Shown: piece after piece, positions 54,273-64,000 of the stretch | Layout of the letters: each line of letters begins with the position of its first letter | Numbering within the stretch: position 1 is the stretch's first letter | Source of the DNA: Eledone cirrhosa | Lineage: Eukaryota | DNA: 64,000 nt | Direction of reading: 5' to 3' | Assembly: GCA_964016885.1 (NCBI GenBank) | Contig: CAXHJY010000590.1 | Location: forward strand, 42,137 to 106,136 | The notes under the pieces: model-generated | Seen by the model: the letters and a program-made list of their open reading frames with translations, nothing else | Database searches by the model: none | What the model was told of the DNA's origin: nothing | Position numbers and translations under genes: made by a program

Positions 54273-54604
54273 AATATATATATATATATAATATATATAT
54301 ATAATATATATATATATATATAATATATATATATATATAATATATATATATATATATTATATATATATAATATATATATATATATATTATATATATATAA
54401 TATATATATATATATATAATATATATATATATATAATATATATATATTATATATATATAATATATATATATATATAATATATATATATTATATATATATA
54501 ATATATATATATATATATAATATATATATTATTATATATATATAATATATATATATATATATAATATATATATATTATATATATATAATATATATATATA
54601 TATA

Positions 54605-54636
<32 letters not shown>

Positions 54637-54685
54637 ATATATATATATAATATATATATATATAATATATATATATATATAATAT

Positions 54686-54719
<34 letters not shown>

Positions 54720-54801
54720 ATATATATATATAATATATATATATATAATATATATGTATATATATATATAATATATATATTGTATATATATATATATGTA
54801 T

Positions 54802-54833
<32 letters not shown>

Positions 54834-54837
54834 ATAT

Positions 54838-54884
<47 letters not shown>

Positions 54885-55572
54885 TATATAATATATATAT
54901 ATATATAATATATATGTATATATATATATAATATATATATGTATATATATATATATAATATATATATATAATATATATATATATAATATATATGTATATA
55001 TATATATAATATATATATGTATATATATATATAATATATATATGTATATATATATATAATATATATGTATATATATATATAATATATATATGTATATATA
55101 TATATAATATATATATGTATATATATATATATGTATATATGTATATATATATATAATATATATATGTATATATATATATATGTATATATGTATATATATA
55201 TATAATATATATATGTATATATATATATATGTATATATGTATATATATATATATGATATATATATAATATATATATGTATATATATATATAATATATATA
55301 TGTATATATATAATATATATATGTATATATATATAATATATATATGTATATATATATATAATATATATATGTATATATATATATAATATATATATGTATA
55401 TATAATATATATATGTATATATATATATAATATATATATGTATATATATAGAATATATATATGTATATATATATATAATATATATATGTATATATATATA
55501 TATAATATATATATGTATATATATATAATATATATATGTATATATATATAATATATATATATATTATATATA

Positions 55573-55619
<47 letters not shown>

Positions 55620-55821
55620 ATATTATATATATATATTATATATATATATATATTATATATATATATTATATATATATTATATATATTATATATATATATA
55701 TTATATATATATATATATTATATATATATATATATTATATATATATATATTATATATATATATATTATATATATATATTATATATATATATATTATATAT
55801 ATATATATATTATATATATAT

Positions 55822-55853
<32 letters not shown>

Positions 55854-55958
55854 ATTATATATATATATATTATATATTATATATATATATTATATATATA
55901 TATATTATATATATTATATATATTATATATATATATATTATATATATTATATATATTA

Positions 55959-56040
<82 letters not shown>

Positions 56041-56103
56041 ATATATTATATATATATATATTATATATATATATATATTATATATATATATATATTATAT
56101 ATA

Positions 56104-56154
<51 letters not shown>

Positions 56155-56577
56155 ATATATTATATATATATATATATTATATATATATATATTATATATA
56201 TATATATATTATATAATATATTATATATATATATATATTATATATATATATATATATTATATATATATATATTATATATATATATATTATATATATATAT
56301 ATTATATAATATATTATATATATATATATATTATATATATATATATATTATATATATATATATATTATATATATATATATATTATATATATATATATATT
56401 ATATATATATATATTATATATATATATTATATATATATATATATTATATATATATATATATTATATATATATATATATTATATATATATATATATTATAT
56501 ATATATATATATTATATATATATATATTATATATATATATATATATTATATAATATATTATATATATATATATATAT
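49963..56577. repeat. ~6.6-kb (TA)n/(TATAA)/(TATTA) microsatellite tract, interrupted once
   Basis: Direct reading. Confidence 0.97.
51571..52117 (-). mobile_element. 3' fragment of a CR1-group-like LINE inside the TA tract
   Basis: LEAPQRAITKKI...LDYWGRLENLKLYSLQRRRERY...FKKSLDKFL...LLEW C-terminus; short tandem terminus (AACTTTGAA twice on +). Confidence 0.75.
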
Positions 56578-56656
56578 CAGTAACAGAGAAGACCCGCCTT
56601 ACCTAAATATATAGTAAAACCTACTCCAGCCAGTAGGCATCTCTAACAAAATACAC
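56578..56656 (+). mobile_element. 79-bp RTE-A fragment (stop codon region) fused to the 5' end of the Neptune-like PLE
   Basis: Matches ~25867-25945. Confidence 0.85.
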
Positions 56657-56956
56657 TAAATCCCTTTCTATCACGCTCCACTCTCCTACCCATCACAGGA
56701 AGATATGTGTATGTATATTGCTTCCACCCTCTCACTGACCAGCAGCTGGCCAGTTGGTGATTGCTAAATCTGACCTTTATAAAATAACCCACACCCCAAA
56801 TAACTTCTCATTCACTACCAGAAAGGGACACAGCAGTCAACCTGTTGTTGCTACCAAGATGAAAACTGCTATGAAATCCCACAATGAATTTTATACTTGA
56901 ATTTTCAAGTCTCAAATTTTAACTCTTCGTATTATTAATTTTTCTTAATATTAATC

Positions 56957-57004
56957 AACATTTGAAAAGATGGCTTTTGCAGACCCATCGAAACCGGTCA
57001 TTTT
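56957..57004 (+). ncRNA. Minimal hammerhead-like motif (U3-A8 variant) in the pLTR; second copy ~61902-61949
   Basis: TTGAAAA-GATGG...CCATC-GAAAC-CG-GTC. Stem II is 5 bp, stem III is palindromic ACCGGT, stem I is weak (AACAT/ATTTT). Confidence 0.5.
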
Positions 57005-57173
57005 TTATACCCTTTATTATTTCCTTACCTTATAAAATTATGTTTTTTCACAAAAAAGTATTCTGTCTCTTATATATTCCATGTGCCATTACCAACCTCA
57101 ATTTTCTCTATAACCTTCGCTTTGTGTAGAAAATTACACTATTCATATATACTAACCTACGCAAATCCGGAAA

Positions 57174-58439
57174 ATGGCACTGGAACAAGACAACACAACT
57201 TCAAACTCCAATATCAATGAGGAAATCCTGAAAATCCTAAAAGAGATAAATGGAAAACTCACCATTCTGACAAAAAAACAGGATATACCCCAAACCACCA
57301 CACCGACTGACAACCAAATTTATTTAAACGTTCAAAACGTATGCAACTCCATCGAAAAACTTATGAATACCAACACAGAACAAACGACATTGCTCCATAT
57401 CAAAAACCAAATGGGACACCTCTGGAAAAAACATCTAAAAACCAGAAAATTCACTTTCTGGAATATGATAAAAAACCTGAACAAAGCTGGAATTTACCAA
57501 AAATGGATTAACTCAACACCGATAGTTTTACCACGTAAATTCCAAATAAAGCATATTACAAACGAACCTGAACCAGAAAGAAAACTCCGTGAACAAATGT
57601 CACTCAACAGGATAAACATGGAAATAGAACTCCTAAAATTAAGGGCCACCTCAAACGAGCAAGAGTATAAGGATACTGATAAAAATATGGAGGAAGAATG
57701 CACTAAAAAGGCCGAGGGAACAACCCTACAAAATTTAATCAAATCGTGGAAACAGGGCTGCGAGAATGCAGAAACTATTTCCCTTAAACGGTGGGAAAAA
57801 TCCGAAAACTGGTTCCTCAAATATGAAGAAGACTTTAAAAGGACGCACCAAACAGGTAACCCCTTTATAAAGCATTTGAACATAACAAGAACTACAACAG
57901 ACACATTTACACCACCAAACCCAACACACACTAACCACAGGCACATCCCCCACCAACACAAACCAAATACGGCCAACTACACCAAAAGAAACACACCCAA
58001 CCACCACAACACAGGTTTCCGTAGAAATGCCCCCTACATAAACCAACGACGAAATAACATAGATCCAACTCACAACACACACACCACATTCCTCAGAAGA
58101 AATCCACCCAGACCACTTGAAATCACAACAGAACTTACCCACAACCACACCAGACATCACCCTCAATCCAACAAAAGACAACCCCCCAGCCTCAACACTC
58201 TGTACCACAGAAATAATGCACCCAGACCACATGAACCAACAACAGAACCCTTGCTCATCAACAACCACAACACATACCACCCCCACCATCACATTCACCC
58301 TCATGAAACAACAAGCTACAGACCCACACGCAACAGACCAACAAAATATAATCACACACAAAACTACATTCCTTTTTTAGGGAAAAGCCTGAAATACCAG
58401 GATACTCGATGGCCCCCCCTCAGGAGAAACCAAAAATAA
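57174..58439 (+). CDS. ORF1 of Neptune-like PLE (421 aa): helical/coiled-coil-like N-terminal part, H/T/N/P/R-rich C-terminal part; function unknown
   Basis: Uninterrupted ORF starting 33 nt after the 5' pLTR, with the same A/C-rich strand bias as ORF2. Confidence 0.8.
   Translation: MALEQDNTTSNSNINEEILKILKEINGKLTILTKKQDIPQTTTPTDNQIYLNVQNVCNSIEKLMNTNTEQTTLLHIKNQMGHLWKKHLKTRKFTFWNMIKNLNKAGIYQKWINSTPIVLPRKFQIKHITNEPEPERKLREQMSLNRINMEIELLKLRATSNEQEYKDTDKNMEEECTKKAEGTTLQNLIKSWKQGCENAETISLKRWEKSENWFLKYEEDFKRTHQTGNPFIKHLNITRTTTDTFTPPNPTHTNHRHIPHQHKPNTANYTKRNTPNHHNTGFRRNAPYINQRRNNIDPTHNTHTTFLRRNPPRPLEITTELTHNHTRHHPQSNKRQPPSLNTLYHRNNAPRPHEPTTEPLLINNHNTYHPHHHIHPHETTSYRPTRNRPTKYNHTQNYIPFLGKSLKYQDTRWPPLRRNQK
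58373..58379 (+). promoter_or_regulatory. Putative -1 frameshift slippery heptamer T_TTT_TTA
   Basis: In ORF1 frame: CCT TTT TTA GGG. The -1 frame is open from here into ORF2. Confidence 0.65.
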
Positions 58440-60685
58440 TCAACCTCTCAAAGACACCTCTAACCAACACACAAATCAACATTTTAACTAAGGGCCTGAA
58501 ATTTACACCTACACCACGTAAACCAAACTTCCCCGAAATGAAGGATGACATCATGGAATACTGCCGAAAGCTGCGACTAACGGAATTCTTCCACAACGAC
58601 ACCAACACTGAAGACGAATCACTGGTTAGAAATAAAAGCAATTTCTGCCCACAAAAGGGAAGAAATAAAGCACTGGACACGTACTGCGAACACATCACCA
58701 ACTTTCCCTATGAAAAAATTACAAATAAACACACGAAATCAAACCTATCTACACACGAATGGGAAGAATTATTCACACTTAGAAACAACCCTGAGATAAC
58801 TATCAAAGAAGCCGATAAAGGCAGTACTGTTGTCATTATGAATACGGACTACTATAGGACCCTCGCACTTAACATTTTAGAAAACAACACATACTATGAA
58901 AAAACAGAAAACTACAAACACACCAAAACAATGGGGAACCTTTTGACCTTACTGAATAAATACCGCAACAGCTTAACCACAAAAGAGTTTAACTATATAA
59001 GCCACTTCAAATGCAATACAAGCTCTTTTTACGGGTTACCGAAACTCCACAAATGTAAACCCATAAACGATGCATGTGACACCTCAACCAACAATTACAT
59101 TGAACTAACACCACCAGAAGACCTAAAACTCAGGCCAATTATAGCAGGCCCTACATGTGAAACCCACAGACTTAGCAACTTTCTGGACATCCTACTGAAA
59201 CCCTTTCTACAACATATACAGAGCTACATACGAGATGACCTTGACATGCTGAAACACCTCCCTAAAACAGTAAGTGCAAATACAATTCTTGTCTCCTTTG
59301 ATGTAATAAACCTCTACACAAACATACCTCACAACTATGGAATAACAGCAGTCCAATACTGGCTTAACACACACCCATCAGAAATACCGACACGCATCAA
59401 CACAGATTTTATCACTGACGGACTCCGCTTTATCCTACAAAATAACTACTTCACATTCAATGGTTCAACATACAGACAAGTATCAGGTACGGCAATGGGC
59501 ACGAAAGTAGCACCCACATATGCCAACCTAGTCATGGGATTCCATGAACAACAAATATACAGTCAGTCCCTTCTCTTATTTGGAGACTCTTTCCACACAC
59601 ACCTCAAAGCCAATTGGAAAAGATATCTAGACGACTGCTTTATCCTATGGCAAGAAGACATGAACTCACTTACTACGTTTAAAAACATGATAAACAACAT
59701 AGATAATAACATACAATTCACAATGGAATCCAATCCTAAGGAATTAGCCTTCTTGGATATTCTCATCTCTGTAATAGACGGGAAATTAGATACAGATATA
59801 TTCTATAAACCCACAGATTCCAAGCAATACCTCTTTTTCACATCAAGTCACCCAAAACATACAAAACTTAACATTCCTTACAATTTGGCCAAACGTATAT
59901 GTACCATAGTATCAGATCCACCTAAACGGGAGCAAAGACTAAAGGAACTAAAAGACACCCTTATCTTAAGAGCCTTTCCACTTGAAATAATCAACAATGG
60001 AATAGACAGGGCAAAACACCTAAATCCCCATCAACTTAACAATCCAAAACAGAAAACCACACTCAACACCCTGCCATATGTATCCACTTTCAACCCCAGA
60101 AATACCGAAATGTTTGATCACCTACACAAAAACCTCCCCATCCTACTTAAAGATGTAAAAATGAAGTCTATTCTTGAAACACACAAGATCCTTAAAAGTA
60201 AAAGACAACCCAAATCACTTAAACGCATTCTCACTGGACCAAATATACCCAAACCAATCCTCAACCCTACAGTTACCAAATGTGGTAGAACAAACTGTGG
60301 AACGTGCCTCTACCTCACTGAAGGACAAACATTTACATTCAAAGATGGCCAAACATTTACAGTAAAAAACAATTTCACCTGCAACTCGGAGAACTTGATT
60401 TACGCAATAACTTGCGGTGGGTGCAAACACAACTACATAGGACAGACGGGCACCTCATTACGCAAAAGAATGACCATCCACCGCCAACAAATCCGGGACG
60501 CTAACACAAGAAAAATCCCCTTGAGCAGCCATATTGCGAACTGCGCAGGAATGACACTACCCAACTTTAAAATCTTCCCCTTCTACAAGTGCTCAGATTC
60601 GTTCACACAGCAACAAAGAATAAACAAAGAAAATCTATTCCTTAACAAATTTAAACCAAAACTAAACGGGTTATCACCCCAATAG
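58409..60685 (+). CDS. PLE RT + C-terminal GIY-YIG endonuclease (758 aa from ATG), Neptune-like
   Basis: IINLS, KGLKFTPTP, ADKG, FYGLPKLHK, LRPIIAG, FDVINLYTNIP, GTAMG, RYLDD, FLDI, KCGRTNCGTC linker, LIYAITC..C..NYIGQT...RMTIH. Confidence 0.95.
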   Translation: MAPPQEKPKIINLSKTPLTNTQINILTKGLKFTPTPRKPNFPEMKDDIMEYCRKLRLTEFFHNDTNTEDESLVRNKSNFCPQKGRNKALDTYCEHITNFPYEKITNKHTKSNLSTHEWEELFTLRNNPEITIKEADKGSTVVIMNTDYYRTLALNILENNTYYEKTENYKHTKTMGNLLTLLNKYRNSLTTKEFNYISHFKCNTSSFYGLPKLHKCKPINDACDTSTNNYIELTPPEDLKLRPIIAGPTCETHRLSNFLDILLKPFLQHIQSYIRDDLDMLKHLPKTVSANTILVSFDVINLYTNIPHNYGITAVQYWLNTHPSEIPTRINTDFITDGLRFILQNNYFTFNGSTYRQVSGTAMGTKVAPTYANLVMGFHEQQIYSQSLLLFGDSFHTHLKANWKRYLDDCFILWQEDMNSLTTFKNMINNIDNNIQFTMESNPKELAFLDILISVIDGKLDTDIFYKPTDSKQYLFFTSSHPKHTKLNIPYNLAKRICTIVSDPPKREQRLKELKDTLILRAFPLEIINNGIDRAKHLNPHQLNNPKQKTTLNTLPYVSTFNPRNTEMFDHLHKNLPILLKDVKMKSILETHKILKSKRQPKSLKRILTGPNIPKPILNPTVTKCGRTNCGTCLYLTEGQTFTFKDGQTFTVKNNFTCNSENLIYAITCGGCKHNYIGQTGTSLRKRMTIHRQQIRDANTRKIPLSSHIANCAGMTLPNFKIFPFYKCSDSFTQQQRINKENLFLNKFKPKLNGLSPQ

Positions 60686-60974
60686 AATTGTCATAAAATA
60701 TAAACACACATACGCACGGAATCACTACTATTAAAGACCAGAGACCAATTCTGTAGAATCAGGTTTATTCATTGACAGACCATGCCTTTGTGTGACCAAC
60801 ACATCCATGTTAAACCCTGCACGTGCACACACATATATCTATATATATATGCGCACACAGAATTCACCACTGTCGGTTGCGGGGCCCAATCTACATGAAG
60901 AACTCAATGTGATCAGAATGACTTGTATTTTAATTTCACTGCCCCAACTTCTTATATTATGGAAAAAATATATG

Positions 60975-61033
60975 TGTCTGTATGTATATATATATATATT
61001 TGAAGGCCATTTCTCTGTGTGTGGGTGTATGTA

Positions 61034-61065
<32 letters not shown>

Positions 61066-61279
61066 CATGTGGATGTATGTATTGTGTGTGCGTGTGTGTG
61101 TGTGTGTGTATGTATGTGGGTATCTGGATGTATGCGTATGTGTATATATATATATATATATATATGCGTGTGTGTGTGTATATATATGTGTGTGTATGTG
61201 TGTGTATATATATGTGTGTGTGTATGTTTGTATGTGTGTATGTATATATATATGTGTGTGTGTGTGTATGTATGTGTGG

Positions 61280-61369
<90 letters not shown>

Positions 61370-61408
61370 ATGTATGTGTGTATCTGGATGTATGTGTATG
61401 TATATATA

Positions 61409-61441
<33 letters not shown>

Positions 61442-61590
61442 GTGTGTGTGTATGTGTATATATATATGTGTGTGTGTGTATGTATATGTATGTGTGTGTG
61501 TATGTATGTGTGTATATGTATATATATATATATATATATGTATATGTATATGTATGTATGTGTGGATGAAGGTATGTGTGTATATATAGG
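60975..61590. repeat. (TG)n/(TA)n microsatellite inside the Neptune 3'UTR
   Basis: Direct reading; lies between ORF2 and the 3' pLTR. Confidence 0.9.
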
Positions 61591-62100
61591 TGTAAGTGCA
61601 CTAAATCCCTTTCTATCACGCTCCACTCTCCTACCCATCACAGGAAGATATGTGTATGTATATTGCTTCCACCCCCTCACTGACCAGCAGCTGGCCAGTT
61701 GGTGATTGCTAAATCTGACCTTTATAAAATAACCCACACCCCAAATAACTTCTCATTCACTACCAGAAAGGGACACAGCAGTCAACCTGTTGTTGCTACC
61801 AAGATGAAAACTGCTATGAAATCCCACAATGAATTTTATACTTGAATTTTCAAGTCTCAAATTTTAACTCTTCGTATTATTAATTTTTCTTAATATTAAT
61901 CAACATTTGAAAAGATGGCTTTTGCAGACCCATCGAAACCGGTCATTTTTTATACCCTTTATTATTTCCTTACCTTATAAAATTATGTTTTTTCACAAAA
62001 AAGTATTCTGTCTCTTATATATTCCATGTGCCATTACCAACCTCAATTTTCTCTATAACCTTCGCTTTGTGTAGAAAATTACACTTTTCATATATATATA

Positions 62101-64000
62101 TCATCATCATCATCATCATTTTACGTCCGCTTTTCCCTGCTTGCAAGGGTGGGACGGGTCTTATTCAGCACAGCATCTCTCCACTCGTCACGGTCCCTCG
62201 TCATCTCCACCGTGAGCTTCAATGATCTGAGGTCTGTTCTCACCACCTCCGCCCATGTTTTTCGTGGTCTACCTCTACCACGTCTTCCTTCAACTGGCAT
62301 TTCCTGGCACTTCTTCACCCATCGGTCATCCTCCATGCGCATCACATGTCCATACCACCTCAGTCTCCTCTCCCGTACACTACATTCTATCCCTCTCAGA
62401 CACAGTTTCTCTCTCAACACATTTATGCTGGGTCGTTCACGCACATTTACACTGCACATCCAACGGAGCATGCTTGCCTCATTTCTCTCCAGCCGTCGCA
62501 TATCTTCTGCGGTAGCTGCCCATGTCTCACTACCATGCAGCATCGCGCTCCTCACACAGGCATCATACAACCGGCCTTTCGTACGCAGGGAGAAACCCTT
62601 CTTCGTCAACAGAGGAAGCAGCTCCCTAAACTTCTTCCAACCCGTCCTTATTCTAGATACTATGGCCTCGGAACACCCTCCTCCCATGCTAATCTGATCT
62701 CCTAGGTACCGGAAGCTATCCACCACTTCTATAGCGCCCTCTCGCATTTGAAAAATGTGTCTATCAGTGCGACTTCTACTGTCTAATTTCCCTGTACATC
62801 TACTGCATACATAGTTCTCCCTACCTGTTAGTTTGCCTGCTATCCCGCTACATCTCTTGTGTACCCAGGACCTACATTGTGTGCATTTTATAGAATTTAT
62901 GCCAGTTCCTTTTCTGCATATCGAACATGGCCATTTCCCTGACGGAATCAGGGTTTTGTCCTCTTTTCTACTCATCAACACTTTTGTCTTAGCTAGATTT
63001 ACTCTCAGTCCTCTTGCTTCCAACTGCTGTTTCCATAGCCGGAATTTATTCTCTAGCTCCTCTACTGATTCTGCCATAAGAGCCAGATCGTCAGCATAAG
63101 AGAAGTTCCCATGGACAGCCAGTCTTAAACTCCTCTGTTATGGCTTGGAGGACTATAATGAACAAGAGCGGGCTGAGGACCGAACCCTGATGTACTCCTA
63201 CTTGTATCTGGAATTCCTCACTAAACTCCATTCCTACCCTGACTTTACTGAGAGTACCTCTGTACAAAGTTTGCACTGTCCTTACAAGCCATTCCTCAAC
63301 ACCCAGCTTCCTTAGGGACCACCAGATGACAGATCGGGGTACCCTATCAAAGGCCTTCTCTAGGTCAACAAAGGCTAAGTATAGTGGCTTATTCTTCTCT
63401 AAGAACCTCTCTTGCATTTGTCTCACCAAGAAGAGGGCATCTGTTGTACTCTTCCCAGGCACAAAACCAAACTGCATCTCATCTAGTTTGACCCCTTTCT
63501 CTAATTAGTTGTGCTAAAATCCTTTCTGCCACTTTCATAACCTGATCTATCAGTTTTATACCCCTATAATTGCTCCTCTCCAAAGCATCCCCTTTACCTT
63601 TGTAGCAATTTATGAGAATACTGCTGCACCAGTCTTTGGGTATGACACCACCATATATAGCCTGATTGATTATGCGTGCAACCAGTTTAGTGCCTACGTC
63701 CCCTGATGCCTTCAGCATCTCAGCAACTATTCCCGATGGTCCGGCCGCCTTACCATTTTTCATTTCCCTAATCGCCTCTTGGACCCTATATTCGTCAATC
63801 TCAATACTGGTCCCTCTGTCGTATCTACCAAGGGTAATTTCTCTCTCTCCCATTCGTTCTCCACATTCATCAGTCTCTCATAATGACATTTCCAGGCCTC
63901 CTTTTTCTGATCAATCGTGACACTAAGTACACCGGCATCATCGCGGACACATTTATCTCCAACAACATCCTGATTTGCATTGACACACTGCCTTGCAATG
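62101..64000 (-). mobile_element. RTE family B copy running off the window, with several frameshifts
   Basis: RT motifs split across ORFs 63479-63853, 63091-63477 and 62121-63077; PHD intact; ORF stop lies immediately before the (GAT)n tail. Confidence 0.92.

Larger units (their letters stand above)
56654..62085 (+). mobile_element. Neptune-like Penelope element with direct ~487-bp pLTRs (56654-57140, 61599-62085) and two ORFs
   Basis: pLTRs are near-identical (offset 4945; one visible substitution) and flank ORF1, the RT/GIY-YIG ORF and a microsatellite-rich 3'UTR. Confidence 0.93.

Noticed and set aside
57150-57156. TACTAAC branch-point-like motif before Neptune ORF1
   Set aside because: No polypyrimidine tract or AG before the ATG; cannot support an intron.
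63085-63500. Frameshifts in RTE-B as programmed recoding
   Set aside because: Single-base insertions in short runs that are absent from the 23-24 kb copy; mutation or sequencing error is more likely.

Overview
This is eukaryotic, AT-rich, almost entirely repeat-derived DNA. The (TA)n/(CA)n load and the SINE/RTE repertoire resemble an octopod cephalopod (inference). No complete host gene is visible; two weak minus-strand exon candidates are flagged. The window contains: (1) an apparently full-length, intact RTE-clade LINE (818-5782, -) with 202-bp 5' tandem monomers, a short uORF overlapping the ORF start (ATGA) and a PHD finger inside the RT; (2) a ~14.7-kb composite Penelope-like element (PLE) insertion (7923-22601), Nematis-like, with two intact tandem RT+GIY-YIG units, an inverted truncated pLTR copy and type-I hammerhead ribozyme motifs; (3) a Neptune-like PLE (56654-62085, +) with direct pLTRs and two overlapping ORFs, joined by an in-frame T_TTT_TTA slippery heptamer that predicts a -1 ribosomal frameshift; (4) many 5'-truncated RTE copies, tRNA-derived SINEs (one family shares its 3' tail with a local RTE), SINE-derived minisatellites, MITEs, hairpin/hammerhead relics and multi-kb microsatellites that serve as insertion targets. 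Most ORFs in the supplied track are microsatellite or antisense artefacts.
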